The translations under genes were made by a program, and so were the position numbers. A DNA stretch of 64,000 nt from Candidatus Obscuribacterales bacterium (GTDB taxonomy: Bacteria; Cyanobacteriota; Vampirovibrionia; Obscuribacterales; Obscuribacteraceae), in assembly GCA_965228855.1 (NCBI GenBank), contig CBDDIJ010000005.1, positions 896,001 to 960,000 on the forward strand. Direction: 5' to 3'. Below the pieces are notes generated by a model. The model was not told where the DNA came from. It worked only from the letters and a program-made list of their open reading frames with translations, and ran no database searches. Shown here piece after piece: positions 9,682-20,972 of this stretch (position 1 is its first letter; the number at the start of each line of letters is the position of its first letter).

Positions 9682-11202
9682 CTATTTTTTGCGGATTGGA
9701 CCTGGAGCAGGAGGCGACACAGTGTCGGGAGTCGGTCGCCATTTGATTGTGTCGAGCCCCTTCTTGACTGCTGGGAAGTCAGCCTTATTGCCATCGAATG
9801 TGATTGCATACAAGAACTGACCCTTGTCAGACGGAACGAGGATAGTTTGTGCAACCAGGTTCTGCTGCGGATCTTCATCGGTCAAAATCAACGCATCTTT
9901 ACCGTTGAACTTGCCGACCGAAACTTGCGGATCATTCACGAACGTATGATAGCCCGCTCCCATCAGCATGTTCGCTTCATCATAGGCACGCGTGTCGGGT
10001 TGTAATTTTCCTTGTTTCGCCAGAAGCGCTTTCAACGACTTCTGCTCATCCGCCAGCAGTTCCCGTCCCTCATACATAGTGACGTGACTGCGCGATCCTT
10101 TCGCCTGAAATTCGCGTTGAATCGGGTTCGCCCCACCAACCATATTAGGATCTTGCTGAACTTCCTTGAAGTTGCCCGGCAGCTGAATCTCCTTGATTAC
10201 ACCAGTTTCATTCTTAGCGAGAAATTCGTGTTTTTGCAGCGGTTCATTCTTAGCCGGCGGTTGCTCGCCGCGCGGATCTCCGCCGCGCTGGTCGCCACCG
10301 CGGAAAAGTCCGCCTCGTCCGAAGAGGCGCTGGCGAGGCTGTTCTTGAGGTGCACCCGGCGGCACATCCGGACGCTGGGCAACCTGCTGTGGCTGAAACT
10401 CTCCGCGTCTTTGACGCAATCCATTGAAAATTTGCTGCGCGACAATATCCTGCGGGCGCATTCCAGGACCCATGTCCTGCGGTCGCATGCCACGCGGTAT
10501 ATCTTGAGGACGCATTCCCGGCGGAAAGCCCTGCCCTCCCATGCCGCGGTCCTGTCCATCTTGCGCCATCATCATCGCGCGACTCATGCTGCGATACGTC
10601 ATGTCGCGACCCGGCTGCGGTCCATATGGAGCACCACCCATTTCACCTTGCGGTTGAAAATATTGAGGAGGCGCAAAGGTTTGCGGCGGGCCATACGAAC
10701 GCTGCCCATATTCCGACTGATTCGGCTCACCCTGCGCATAGTCATAATTTGTGTTTCCACGCGGTCCGTAGACCGGCGCAAACCCTTCTTGACCGTATGT
10801 TGCTTGCGGCGCGGAGAACGTCATCGGCGCGTCCATAGTTCTTGGAGATGCCGAGAAGGTCAACGGTGCTTCACCGGTTGTTTGCGGTGCGGAGAACGTC
10901 AATGGAGCTTCCATTGTTCTTGGCACTGCTGAGGTTTCAGCAGAAGGTATTCGTTGCGGAGAGGCAATCGCGCCGGCTGTTTCGCGCGGAGGTGCTGCGA
11001 TTGGCGAACTGCCGACTGGTGTCGCCTCTGGTGCCTGCGACTTCACAGTTGCGGCATCGCTCGGCAAGAGGAAATCTTTTATGAATAAGGAATGCAGATT
11101 ATCATTACTGCTTCCTGCAGGTTTGATCGCCTGCTGTTCTACAGTTTTATTCGAACCGTTCGTTCCGTTTTGTGATTGATCAGAAACTTGATCCCAATCC
11201 AT
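9682..11202 (-). CDS. Hypothetical protein: long P/Q/G/M low-complexity region with tandem peptide repeats plus a globular (PsbP/DcrB-like?) C-terminal domain
   Basis: APLTFSA/APMTFSA x3 and GMRPQD x3; the C-terminal ~170 aa is globular. The fold assignment is a guess. Confidence 0.75.
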   Translation of the reverse strand: MDWDQVSDQSQNGTNGSNKTVEQQAIKPAGSSNDNLHSLFIKDFLLPSDAATVKSQAPEATPVGSSPIAAPPRETAGAIASPQRIPSAETSAVPRTMEAPLTFSAPQTTGEAPLTFSASPRTMDAPMTFSAPQATYGQEGFAPVYGPRGNTNYDYAQGEPNQSEYGQRSYGPPQTFAPPQYFQPQGEMGGAPYGPQPGRDMTYRSMSRAMMMAQDGQDRGMGGQGFPPGMRPQDIPRGMRPQDMGPGMRPQDIVAQQIFNGLRQRRGEFQPQQVAQRPDVPPGAPQEQPRQRLFGRGGLFRGGDQRGGDPRGEQPPAKNEPLQKHEFLAKNETGVIKEIQLPGNFKEVQQDPNMVGGANPIQREFQAKGSRSHVTMYEGRELLADEQKSLKALLAKQGKLQPDTRAYDEANMLMGAGYHTFVNDPQVSVGKFNGKDALILTDEDPQQNLVAQTILVPSDKGQFLYAITFDGNKADFPAVKKGLDTIKWRPTPDTVSPPAPGPIRKK

Positions 11203-11718
11203 TCTAAATCCCTCGTGCGTGCGTCTAAAGTAGGTTTGCTAAACACCGTCCAACTGCTGCAACGATACGTTTTCGCGAAACGGATCGTCCATGTGGAAAT
11301 TACGTTGGCGATTTTTGCGAAACTGGAAACCTACAGCCCTTAAGCGTTTCGCGCATGAAGATATTTGGCGCTTCTCTTTGCAACTTTTGATATTGCAAAA
11401 TTTGGACACGAAAAGTTCACAAATCCACCCGCCGAAAACGCCCTTGAACTGCCGGAAGTCGGCGGTCGGCCAATCCTAAATTCGGAGAGCATTTAGCATC
11501 CGAAAAAAATGCAAATCAGCGTTCGCTCATAACGATGAATCGGCGCGAAAGGTTTTCAAAAATTCCAGGTGTACGAATCTTAGTATGCCGCTTAGTTTGC
11601 TTGTTCTGTGGGTCACTCTACTATAAGATCAAAAGTTCCTTGCAATTGATTTTGCTGCGGTTCGATACCGAAGTTGAATCAAGAGCGCAGTTTGCTGTCA
11701 GAGAGGTATTTCGAGTCC

Positions 11719-14331
11719 ATGGCAAGCCAATACAACCCGCAAGATATCGAAGAAAAGTGGCAGGAGCACTGGGAAGGCCTCGGTGTTTATCGCGCCCATG
11801 ACAAAAGCGAGAAGCCGAAATTCTACTCGCTGGTCATGTTTCCGTATCCTTCGGGTGACCTGCACATGGGACACATGCGGGTTTACACAATCTCCGACGT
11901 AATTTCTCGCCGGATGCGCATGCTGGGTTACAACGTGCTCAATCCGATGGGCTGGGACGCATTCGGCTTGCCAGCAGAAAACGCGGCAATCAAGCATCAA
12001 AAACATCCGCAAAACTGGACCAAAGAAAACATTCGCTTCATGCGCGACGAACAGCTCAAGAAGCTCGGCACCAGCTACGATTGGCAGCGTGAAGTAACGA
12101 CATGCGACGCCGATTACTACGGCTGGACGCAATGGCTGTTCTTGAAGTTTTACGAGAAAGGGCTCGCCGTGCGAAAAGAAGCACCGGTTAACTGGTGCCC
12201 GGATTGCCACACGGTACTTGCCAACGAACAGGTCGTCGACGGAGCCTGCTGGCGGCATATGGAAACGCGCGTCGAACAGAAGAAAATGAGTCAGTGGTTC
12301 CTCCGAATCACCGCATACGCAGACGAGCTTCTCGACGACCTCGAAAAACTCACAGGCTGGCCGGAGCCCGTTCGCATAATGCAGCAAAACTGGATCGGCA
12401 AATCGGTGGGAGCCGAATTGCGTTTCACAGTAGAAAGCAAACCGAACGTGCAAATAAGCGTTTTCACAACCAGACCAGACACCGTATTTGGTGTCAGCTA
12501 TGTTGTGCTCGCTCCGGAGAATCCACTAGTCGAAGAATTGACGACTGACGAACAACGAGAAGCCGTGCGCAAGTACGTCGACGAGGCGAAACATAAAACC
12601 GAACTCGATCGGATGGCGACCGAGAAATCGAAAACGGGAATTCCCCTCGGCACGCATGTCATCAATCCATATAACGGTGATGTTGTCCCAATCCTCGTTG
12701 CGGACTATGTACTCATGACGTATGGAACAGGAGCCGTCATGGGCGTTCCCGCTCACGACGAACGCGACTTCCAGTTCGCCAAGAATTTGAATCTTCCAGT
12801 CAAAGAAGTAATCTCGCCCAACGGCGAAGCCACTGGCGAACTCGAAGCGGCTTACATCGAGCCGGGAGTGCTCATCAACTCAGGCGAATTCAACGGTTTG
12901 AAAAACGAGGACGCCAAAGAAAAAATTACCGAATGGGCCGTCGATCAAGCTTGTGGAAGCAAGCGCGTCAACTGGCGCCTGCGCGATTGGTTGATAAGCC
13001 GTCAGCGTTACTGGGGCTGCCCGATCCCGCTCGTTCACTGCGATGCTTGCGGGATTGTACCTGTCAAAGAAGCAGACTTGCCGGTCGTGCTTCCGGTGGA
13101 AGGCATTGAAATAACCGGTCAGGGCGGCTCGCCGCTTACACGCATGGACAGTTTCTTAAATGTGAAATGTCCGGCTTGCGGCAAAGACGCTAAGCGCGAA
13201 ACAGACACGATGGACACTTTCATAGACTCAAGCTGGTACTTCCTCCGCTATGCGGATGCGACCAATAAAAAAGAAGCGTTTGCAAAAGCAAACGTAGATT
13301 ACTGGATGCCTGTCGACCAGTACGTCGGCGGCATCGAGCACGCGATTCTGCACCTTCTCTACTCGCGCTTCTTCACCAAAGCCTGTCGCGACGTAGGTCT
13401 TGTGACCTGCGATGAGCCGTTCGAGAACCTCCTCTCGCAGGGCATGGTCACCAAGTTTTCATCAATATCCGGACGCATCGAAAAGATGTCGAAGTCGCGC
13501 GGCAACGTCGTCGGCACCACAGACTTCTTCAAGAAGTACGGAGCGGATTCAGCTCGTCTTTTCACCCTGTTCGCCGCACCGCCCGAACAAGAATTGGAGT
13601 GGTCTGAAGAAGGAGCAATCGGGCAGTATCGGTTTCTCGGAAGAGTTTGGCGCATAGTGACCGAACTTATTGAAACAGGGGCCGTGACCGCGTTTCACGG
13701 AGAAGTGGTTCACGACAAATTGGACGAGTCCGGACAAAATTTCCACAAGCTCGTGCACAAAACAATCAAAGCTGTTTCAAACGACCTCGAACGCGGGCGC
13801 TACATCTTCAACACAGCCATTGCGCGCTGCATGGAACTCGTCAACGGTCTCTACAAATACGCGCAAGAACTCAATGCGCGTTCGACCAACGGCAACGGCA
13901 AACCTGCCAAGTCCGCAGACGGAGCCGCGCTCCTGGCACCACAAGGACACGACTTGTCGACCGATGAGTTGGAATTGCTATCATTTGCAATTCGCAATTT
14001 GCTCTTGCTGCTCGCGCCGATGGCACCACACATCTCGGAAGAACTCTGGAAGCAAGCCGGCTACATCGTCAAAGACGATGATTCAATTCACGTCACCGCG
14101 TGGCCGACCTTCAAAGAAGAGCTCACTGTCGACAATCAGATCGAACTGGTTCTTCAGGTCAACGGCAAAATCGTGAACAAAGTTCCAGCCCCGCGCGGTC
14201 TCGAGAAGAAGGCGGCCGAAGAGCTGGCGCTCGCCGATGACAAGATGAAATCCAAGATAGAAGGGCAGGCGGTCAAGAAAGTGATTGTCGTACCCGACAA
14301 ACTCGTCAATGTCGTAGTGGCGCCTCAATAG
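11719..14331 (+). CDS. leuS: Leucine--tRNA ligase
   Basis: [20 protein letters not shown] editing domain, [19 protein letters not shown] 11719 preferred over TTG 11674. Confidence 0.98.
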   Translation: MASQYNPQDIEEKWQEHWEGLGVYRAHDKSEKPKFYSLVMFPYPSGDLHMGHMRVYTISDVISRRMRMLGYNVLNPMGWDAFGLPAENAAIKHQKHPQNWTKENIRFMRDEQLKKLGTSYDWQREVTTCDADYYGWTQWLFLKFYEKGLAVRKEAPVNWCPDCHTVLANEQVVDGACWRHMETRVEQKKMSQWFLRITAYADELLDDLEKLTGWPEPVRIMQQNWIGKSVGAELRFTVESKPNVQISVFTTRPDTVFGVSYVVLAPENPLVEELTTDEQREAVRKYVDEAKHKTELDRMATEKSKTGIPLGTHVINPYNGDVVPILVADYVLMTYGTGAVMGVPAHDERDFQFAKNLNLPVKEVISPNGEATGELEAAYIEPGVLINSGEFNGLKNEDAKEKITEWAVDQACGSKRVNWRLRDWLISRQRYWGCPIPLVHCDACGIVPVKEADLPVVLPVEGIEITGQGGSPLTRMDSFLNVKCPACGKDAKRETDTMDTFIDSSWYFLRYADATNKKEAFAKANVDYWMPVDQYVGGIEHAILHLLYSRFFTKACRDVGLVTCDEPFENLLSQGMVTKFSSISGRIEKMSKSRGNVVGTTDFFKKYGADSARLFTLFAAPPEQELEWSEEGAIGQYRFLGRVWRIVTELIETGAVTAFHGEVVHDKLDESGQNFHKLVHKTIKAVSNDLERGRYIFNTAIARCMELVNGLYKYAQELNARSTNGNGKPAKSADGAALLAPQGHDLSTDELELLSFAIRNLLLLLAPMAPHISEELWKQAGYIVKDDDSIHVTAWPTFKEELTVDNQIELVLQVNGKIVNKVPAPRGLEKKAAEELALADDKMKSKIEGQAVKKVIVVPDKLVNVVVAPQ

Positions 14332-14501
14332 ACCGTCTGATTATCGGACAAAATCCAACTTCAACAAATTCCACAAAAGCCCAATTTACGGTGCCGTTCG
14401 CACTTTTGCGGGTATAGGTTTCTATACAGATATATTGTGGAACGGAGTTAATGTATCCTTGGTTTCATTCAAGTCTTAGCTTTTTATAGACGGGTGCGAG
14501 C

Positions 14502-15416
14502 ATGCAACAGCCACAACAGGTCCACATCGAAACGCAAGGTGTCGTACCAATCGCGACATTGCTTCTAATTTTTTGCATGGTCGTGGTGTTCGCGATGTCC
14601 TGCCAGCATCGAATGGAGTTCTGGTCGGCTCATCCATCGCAAATGAGCTGGGTGCAAAACAGCGCCGCAGTTCAGGCGGTCAACATCGCAACCTGGATGC
14701 GCGACGGCAACTTTCAACGACTGCTTTCGCAACTGGCAATGGCAAGCGTTGCAGCTCTGACCGGTTGGCAACTCGTCGCGAACTGCTATTTCACCTGGGT
14801 TTTCGGCAGCACGGTTGAGCAAAAGCTTGGAGCCGGGCGGTACTTTCTGTTGGTTTTGCTGGCGATGTTTGTTCCATACGCAATAATCGCCTGGAACGGA
14901 ATCCGGACCGGCGATCTCAGCACCTACTATTTTGGTCCGCTCTTCGTCCTGGCAGCGCTGATGGGCGCTGGCATGGTCTTCCCGGAAGAGAAGGAAGTCA
15001 AAATCTGGTTTAAGAAGACCCGCGGCGAAATTTTCAACAGAGGTCAGGCAGCGAGCGCCTCGTCGAAATTCAAGGTCAACACTCAACTGCTTTCATGTAT
15101 TTTCATTCTTTACGAAGCTGGTCTCTGGTTCTATTGCACGAAGTTCACCCCTGAGTTCCAGTCGTTTGAACTGTTCGGCGCGATCGCAGGCGTCATACTC
15201 GGTTATGGCGTCGCCTTCTTCCTGGTCTGGAGCGCAACCGGCGACCTCCGCGAGGGTCCTGTTAAGCTCATGTGTATTCGTAAATATAACGACACACTCA
15301 AGCTCGACGTCGGCCATGATGCCGCTGTAAGAACGACAGCAATGGCGCTGGGCTTGCCTGAAGACCGCGTGAAGCAGTGGGTCCAAAAGCAGAAAGGCAA
15401 GATGAGAATTAGTTAG
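14502..15416 (+). CDS. Rhomboid-family intramembrane protein, probably catalytically inactive
   Basis: Rhomboid-like segment QLVANCYFTWVFGSTVEQKLGAGRYF and multiple TM helices. The GxSG position reads GPLF and the AHxGG position reads ELFGAIAG. Confidence 0.7.
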   Translation: MQQPQQVHIETQGVVPIATLLLIFCMVVVFAMSCQHRMEFWSAHPSQMSWVQNSAAVQAVNIATWMRDGNFQRLLSQLAMASVAALTGWQLVANCYFTWVFGSTVEQKLGAGRYFLLVLLAMFVPYAIIAWNGIRTGDLSTYYFGPLFVLAALMGAGMVFPEEKEVKIWFKKTRGEIFNRGQAASASSKFKVNTQLLSCIFILYEAGLWFYCTKFTPEFQSFELFGAIAGVILGYGVAFFLVWSATGDLREGPVKLMCIRKYNDTLKLDVGHDAAVRTTAMALGLPEDRVKQWVQKQKGKMRIS

Positions 15417-15581
15417 GGCGCCGAACTACTTTTCATGTGAATTTGGAATAACTTGGAATGCTCCTGACTAGTGCTAGAATCAGGCGCCGAGTTAGATTGC
15501 TCGGCAGATTTGAGGTTTTCAAATCAACCTGGACACCCTGCCTGGTACAAAACATTGACCAGCACCAAGACGCCTCCCAAA

Positions 15582-17546
15582 ATGACCATGTCCGCGGAAC
15601 CGTCGCAAGTGAGTCTAAACGACGACGATCAATTGAACGCCGTGGATAAGCTCGAATCCAGCCTTGAAAGCGAATCGGGGTTCGGCATCTTTCTGGCGCG
15701 CATCCGCTGGAAGCGCATCATGCAAGTCATTCTGGACAGCGCGCTCGTAGCTCTGGGTTTCACGCTCGCTTATTTGATTCGGTTCGACGGTCACGTAACG
15801 CCGCTTTACTTGCACCAGCTCAGCACCCTGGTACCGCTGGTAGTGGCGATTCAATTGTCGGCAAACTGGACATTCGGTGTTTATAAACGGTTATGGCGCT
15901 ACACTGGATTGACCGAGGTCATGGAACTCGGCGTCTCTGTCATGGTCGGGCTTCTGGTTATTCTGACCATGCGAAAGTTGGGACTGCTATCGGTCGAAAA
16001 CAATCAACTCTCATATGGAATTATCTTCGTTAACTCATGCGTTTGCTTCCTCGCACTTGTAGGACCGCGCGTGCTCAGACGATTGATGACCGAGCACAGC
16101 CAGCGCAAACACTGGAGACAGCCGGTCAGAAAGCGCGTGCTCGTAGTCGGCGCCGGTGACGCAGGCATGATGGTTCTTCGCGAACTGAACATGCGGTCCA
16201 ATGGAGTGGATGTTGTCGGTTTAATAGATGACGATCCGGCTAAAGTTCGCAAACGGATCGGCGCTATCACCGTATTTGGTACCACGGCAGAATTGCCCAA
16301 GTACATCGAGAACCTATTTATAGATCAAGTTATCATCGCGATGCCTTCCGCACCTCCGTCGGAAACCAGACGTATAGTGGAAATGTGCCGCCAGGCGGAA
16401 GTTGAAACGAGAATTCTTCCCGGTCTGTTCGAGCTGATTGACGGAAAGGTTTCCATCAACCAGTTGCGAGAAGTATCGCTCGAAGATCTGCTCGGACGCG
16501 ATCCTGTCAAGCTGGACCAGGAGTCGATCGCCGGTTACATAGCCGGTCGCAGCGTGCTCGTCACCGGCGCAGGCGGCTCGATCGGCAGCGAACTGTGCAG
16601 ACAGATTATGCGGTTTAATCCGCATCGCCTTATATTGTTAGGCAAAGGCGAGAATTCGATTTTCACGATTCAACAAGAATTGAACCGCAAGCTCGACGGC
16701 GTGGAGCTGATTCCCGTAATCGCGGACGTTCGCGATCAAGTGCGAATGAAAGCAATATTCGAGCAGTTTAAACCGAATGTGGTGTTTCACGCGGCTGCGC
16801 ACAAACACGTTCCTCTCATGGAAGCGAACGTCGCAGAGGCAGTAGCCAACAATGTTTTCGGGACCAAGTGCGTAGCGGAATTGTCAGCGGCACACGGCGT
16901 TGAGACATTTGTTTTGGTTTCCTCCGACAAAGCCGTCAACCCTACGTCGGTCATGGGAGCGACGAAACGGACTGCCGAACTGGTTATTCAAGATCTGGCA
17001 GCAATTACGGACACGAAGTACGTTGCGGTCCGTTTTGGAAACGTCCTCGCCAGCCGCGGCAGCGTCATCCCGCTCTGGAAACAGCAGATATCCCAGGGCG
17101 GTCCGGTCACGGTCACGCACCCGGAAGCAACTCGATACTTCATGCTCATCCCTGAGGCCGTTCAACTAATCCTGCAAGCCGGCGCATTGGGCAATGGCGG
17201 CGAGATTTTCGTCCTGGACATGGGCAAACCTGTCAAAATTCTGGACCTCGCCAACGACCTTATCCGCTTCTCAGGGCTCAGCCCGGGCACGGATATAGAG
17301 GTACAGTTCATCGGAATGCGCCCCGGTGAGAAGCTTTATGAAGAACTGTTGACGCAAGAAGAGGGCTTGACCAAGACCTCTTACGAAAAAATCTTTGTTG
17401 GCAAACCGCAGCCTATAGATCGCGAGGGTCTGCAAAAGGTTGTGGACAGGCTGCGTACAGGTGCGGCAGACGGCAACGACCCAGCTCTCAGGTCGGAATT
17501 GAACCAATTGGTCGGTGGCACCCTCAACCAGAAACAGAATGTGTAG
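15582..17546 (+). CDS. Membrane-bound nucleoside-diphosphate-sugar 4,6-dehydratase (CapD/PglF/WbpM family)
   Basis: Four N-terminal TMs, VVGAG CoA-binding-like domain, TGAGGSIGSEL, HAAAHKHVP, SSDKAV, MGATKR, VRFGNV, GMRPGEKLYEEL. ATG 15582 preferred as start. Confidence 0.95.
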   Translation: MTMSAEPSQVSLNDDDQLNAVDKLESSLESESGFGIFLARIRWKRIMQVILDSALVALGFTLAYLIRFDGHVTPLYLHQLSTLVPLVVAIQLSANWTFGVYKRLWRYTGLTEVMELGVSVMVGLLVILTMRKLGLLSVENNQLSYGIIFVNSCVCFLALVGPRVLRRLMTEHSQRKHWRQPVRKRVLVVGAGDAGMMVLRELNMRSNGVDVVGLIDDDPAKVRKRIGAITVFGTTAELPKYIENLFIDQVIIAMPSAPPSETRRIVEMCRQAEVETRILPGLFELIDGKVSINQLREVSLEDLLGRDPVKLDQESIAGYIAGRSVLVTGAGGSIGSELCRQIMRFNPHRLILLGKGENSIFTIQQELNRKLDGVELIPVIADVRDQVRMKAIFEQFKPNVVFHAAAHKHVPLMEANVAEAVANNVFGTKCVAELSAAHGVETFVLVSSDKAVNPTSVMGATKRTAELVIQDLAAITDTKYVAVRFGNVLASRGSVIPLWKQQISQGGPVTVTHPEATRYFMLIPEAVQLILQAGALGNGGEIFVLDMGKPVKILDLANDLIRFSGLSPGTDIEVQFIGMRPGEKLYEELLTQEEGLTKTSYEKIFVGKPQPIDREGLQKVVDRLRTGAADGNDPALRSELNQLVGGTLNQKQNV

Positions 17547-17652
17547 AACTTTGACACACGTTTGAGCAAAAAAGAGTTAGAATCATCAATCGGAAATTAG
17601 AGAAAGTGGATGGGATCCGACTGGATATACGGATTCCGTAGGTCAGGAAACA

Positions 17653-18528
17653 ATGTTTAGCACGATAGATGGAATCATTAGCGATCTCATCGCTACAAAA
17701 GAACAGAAGTTAGTCGAAAGAATTCAAAGTCTTAATAGCTCGATCGTCGCGTACTCCGGTGGAGTAGACAGCGCCTTGCTGGCATATTACGTCAAGGAAG
17801 TGCTCGGCGACAAGGCGAAAGTAGTGATAGCTGTATCACCAAGCCTCGCAGAAGATGACCTGGACGCCGCCAGAGCACAGGCTTCGATGTTCGACTGGAA
17901 TCTCGTTGAGATCAATACAGATGAATTCGAAAACGAAAGCTATCAGCGCAATGATGACATGCGCTGCTTTCACTGCAAAGCCACACTTTTCGAAGAGCTT
18001 GCAGCGATGGCAAAAGCGGAAGGATTCGATAGTATCGTATACGGTGCCAACGCGGACGACGTAAGCGACTTCAGACCGGGCCGTCTGGCAGCTCAACAGT
18101 TCAATGTGGTTGCGCCATTAGAAGAAGTCGGTTTAACGAAAACCGAAGTGCGAAACCTCGCGCGCAAAAACGGCTTACCAAGCTGGGATCGACCGGCAAA
18201 CGCCTGCCTGTCCTCGAGAATCCCGCGCGATATTCCGGTGACCATCGACAGTATTTCGCAGGTCGAATTGTCTGAGCGGTTTATCAAAACTCTGGGATTT
18301 GAAGTCGTTAGAGTTCGGCACCACGGTGGAAAAGCCGTTGTCGAAATCGGACAAGAGGAGCTTGGTCGATTAAAAGTCGAACCTTGCCTCGTCAATAAGA
18401 TTGAGAATGCATTGGTCGATATCGGTTTCGACGAGATTATTATCGACCCGCGTGGATATAGAATGGGTTCCGCCAACAGCAGAACGCACGAACATGCGAT
18501 ACCTGCAGTGAGCGTAGCGATACGATAG
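17653..18528 (+). CDS. larE: ATP-dependent sulfur transferase LarE family
   Basis: PP-loop AYSGGVDS, RCFHCK, DFRPG, ACLSSRIP, VRVRHHG, GYRMGS. Confidence 0.92.
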   Translation: MFSTIDGIISDLIATKEQKLVERIQSLNSSIVAYSGGVDSALLAYYVKEVLGDKAKVVIAVSPSLAEDDLDAARAQASMFDWNLVEINTDEFENESYQRNDDMRCFHCKATLFEELAAMAKAEGFDSIVYGANADDVSDFRPGRLAAQQFNVVAPLEEVGLTKTEVRNLARKNGLPSWDRPANACLSSRIPRDIPVTIDSISQVELSERFIKTLGFEVVRVRHHGGKAVVEIGQEELGRLKVEPCLVNKIENALVDIGFDEIIIDPRGYRMGSANSRTHEHAIPAVSVAIR

Positions 18529-18694
18529 GCATCTCTGTTTGCTTGATTTGACACTGCCGAGGCTTTCGGTTAAAACAGGCACTGACCGTGACTATTTTCT
18601 CCGTTCGACATCGACCAGGCGGTGTTTAGCGTGGAAAACTCTGCGGGTACAAGCAGGATAATGATGCTCCTCACACGACCCGAAAGGTTAAAAC

Positions 18695-19468
18695 ATGGAC
18701 GCTAAACGCCTGGAAGAACTTCTGTCTTCAATTGCGGACGGGCAGACGACCATAACTGATGCCATGGAGCGTTTGAAGGCTTTGCCTTACGCGGAGTTGG
18801 GCATGGCTAGACCCGACATGCACAGATCGTTGCGGCAGGGAGTTCCCGAAACTATTTTCTGCCAGGGCAAAACAGCAAAACAGGTGGCAGCAATTGCAGG
18901 TTCACTTCTGGAAGAACACGAGTCAGTAATTGCCACCAGATGTGATGCCGAGCACATGGCCGGTTTGGAATACAATTTTTCGGCGTTGGTTAAGTATCAC
19001 CCGGAAGCGCGCGTTGCAGTAATTGGGAACGCGACAATTCCAGTTGATGGACGATCGATGTTTGACACCTTTGTGGTGACGGCGGGAACGGCCGACCTTC
19101 CCGTCGCCGAAGAAGCGGCTGTGATTCTGGACCATCTAGGCTTCCCTGTGAAGCGTTTGTTCGACGTCGGGGTTGCCGGTCTGCATCGAATTTTGAAAGA
19201 AGTACCGGCGTTGCAATCCGCGTCTGCGGTGATCGCAGTGGCTGGAATGGACGGCGCACTTCCAAGCGTGATCGGCGGACTGGTTGCATGCCCTGTAATC
19301 GCAGTGCCGACATCCGTCGGTTACGGCGCGAGTTTCAATGGCATAGCCGCGCTCCTCACGATGTTGAACAGCTGCGCGCATGGTTTGACAGTCGTCAATA
19401 TCGACAACGGTTTCGGCGCAGCGATGGCGGTGCATCGAATCTTTTCGTCGGCGCGGTCAGGCTTGTAA
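18695..19468 (+). CDS. larB: Nickel-pincer cofactor biosynthesis protein LarB (AIR-carboxylase-like)
   Basis: VTAGTADLPVAEEA, DVGVAGLHR, AGMDGALPSV, PTSVGYG, VVNIDNGFGAA. Confidence 0.95.
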   Translation: MDAKRLEELLSSIADGQTTITDAMERLKALPYAELGMARPDMHRSLRQGVPETIFCQGKTAKQVAAIAGSLLEEHESVIATRCDAEHMAGLEYNFSALVKYHPEARVAVIGNATIPVDGRSMFDTFVVTAGTADLPVAEEAAVILDHLGFPVKRLFDVGVAGLHRILKEVPALQSASAVIAVAGMDGALPSVIGGLVACPVIAVPTSVGYGASFNGIAALLTMLNSCAHGLTVVNIDNGFGAAMAVHRIFSSARSGL

Positions 19469-19471
19469 CGC

Positions 19472-20959
19472 ATGAGAAGACAGATTGTCACAACGGCGAT
19501 TATTCTGGGCTGTTTATTTTCAATGACTCCCAACCGCGCACTCGCCTCCGACAAAGAAGACGTTATCGCTGAATTTTTCAAATTCAACACGAAAATACTG
19601 GACGCTAAACGAATTGAAGACCTTCCAAAAGCAACTCCACAAGATTTGCTGAAAATACCAGAGGAGATTCGACCGGTTTTTCTTTCACAGGCAAAATCAA
19701 AAGCGTTAAAGTCCGTCTACAATGTCCATGTTCTTGAGCTGGAGGGTCACTACGCGATGGTCGAAGGATCCGGAATGGTTACTATCGACGGCAAGGAGCA
19801 AGAATCGCAATTGCTTTTGACGCTCAGAAAGCTGAAGGATGGCTGGGATGTTTTGGATTTCAAAACGACGCCGTTGGATATAGCACCCATTGAAACCGAC
19901 CAATCGCCAGATTTAATGGCATCAACGAAAATCATGAAATTTTTCAACGCACCAATTGGCCATTTCATCATCGAAACGTTGTTTACAGTTAAAGAAGATG
20001 GCACTATATATGATATCAAGTCTACAAGCTATCCCAAAAGTACCGATGCGGAATCAGCAGCTAGCGCCGCCGTAAAAATGGCGTCTCCGCTGTTCACGAG
20101 CTCAATTAAACTCAAAAACCCGACGGGTGACTGCTTGAATTTGCCGGTGATCGCGCGCCTATTCCTACAGACCACCCGAGAATGTTCAGGGAACGGTAGC
20201 ATGACCACTTTGGACTTTTACAATCCTGATGAACACACGGAACTCAGCACAGTAAAAGAACTGGCAGCATTAAATGTCGACAAACATCACTACAAAAAAC
20301 CTTCCAGAGCTACGAATGAAGAACTTTTGAGAACTCTAAAAAACCTAAATTTGCGAGGGCGGTTCTCGAAAGCCGTTGCATACGCGCTTGAAGTCTATCG
20401 CAGAGTTGAATCACAGAATGACAAGCAGCTGGATGAGAGCCTGGAGATGGCGCTCTCTTGTACGAATAATCTTACTCGTGAGCTACTTCTACTGAAAGAC
20501 TACGAGAGCGCAGAGCGCAGCGCTGAGGCACGGTTAAAACTCGCAGAAACAAGGAGTCCGGATCCAACACTTTCAAGAGGCCTTGCAGAACTTGCAGAGG
20601 TTTATATCCTGATGGGCAAAGTCGACGAAGCAAACGAGACGGTTGCAAAATTCTTGGCAGAACTGCGAGCGCAGGCTAAAGAAATTGAGTCGATTGAATT
20701 GACCAGAGTCAAGCCAGATTCTGAACAAGAGTACCTCAAGCAAATTATCACTTTGAAGTATGGACTAGACCCAGAGGGAACGGCAAAGGACAAGTCGGAC
20801 CCGGATCTGAAAAAGCAGGCTGCCAACCACCTTCGGGTCAGCAACTTTTTACTTATATTCGAGAAGAGCTGCAATAACATCAGCGTTGCTTACTTGAAAA
20901 AGTGCGAGGATCAAAAATTTGATGCATTCACAGAGGAGACGAATAGACTCAAAAACTAA
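19472..20959 (+). CDS. Secreted multidomain protein (signal peptide, possible TonB-C-like domain, TPR-like C-terminus)
   Basis: Signal peptide ending ALA; FTVKEDGTI...AASAAVKMASPL resembles TonB_C; LAELAEVYILMGKVDEA is TPR-like. Confidence 0.65.
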   Translation: MRRQIVTTAIILGCLFSMTPNRALASDKEDVIAEFFKFNTKILDAKRIEDLPKATPQDLLKIPEEIRPVFLSQAKSKALKSVYNVHVLELEGHYAMVEGSGMVTIDGKEQESQLLLTLRKLKDGWDVLDFKTTPLDIAPIETDQSPDLMASTKIMKFFNAPIGHFIIETLFTVKEDGTIYDIKSTSYPKSTDAESAASAAVKMASPLFTSSIKLKNPTGDCLNLPVIARLFLQTTRECSGNGSMTTLDFYNPDEHTELSTVKELAALNVDKHHYKKPSRATNEELLRTLKNLNLRGRFSKAVAYALEVYRRVESQNDKQLDESLEMALSCTNNLTRELLLLKDYESAERSAEARLKLAETRSPDPTLSRGLAELAEVYILMGKVDEANETVAKFLAELRAQAKEIESIELTRVKPDSEQEYLKQIITLKYGLDPEGTAKDKSDPDLKKQAANHLRVSNFLLIFEKSCNNISVAYLKKCEDQKFDAFTEETNRLKN

Positions 20960-20972
20960 ATAAAATGGAATG

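Noticed and set aside
10012..10932. 306-aa Arg-rich ORF on the + strand
   Set aside because: Antisense shadow of the GC-rich repeat protein 9682..11202.
11203..11718. T-box riboswitch in the long leader before leuS
   Set aside because: No T-box consensus (AAGGTGGNACC-like) and no terminator/antiterminator found; only scattered short inverted repeats.
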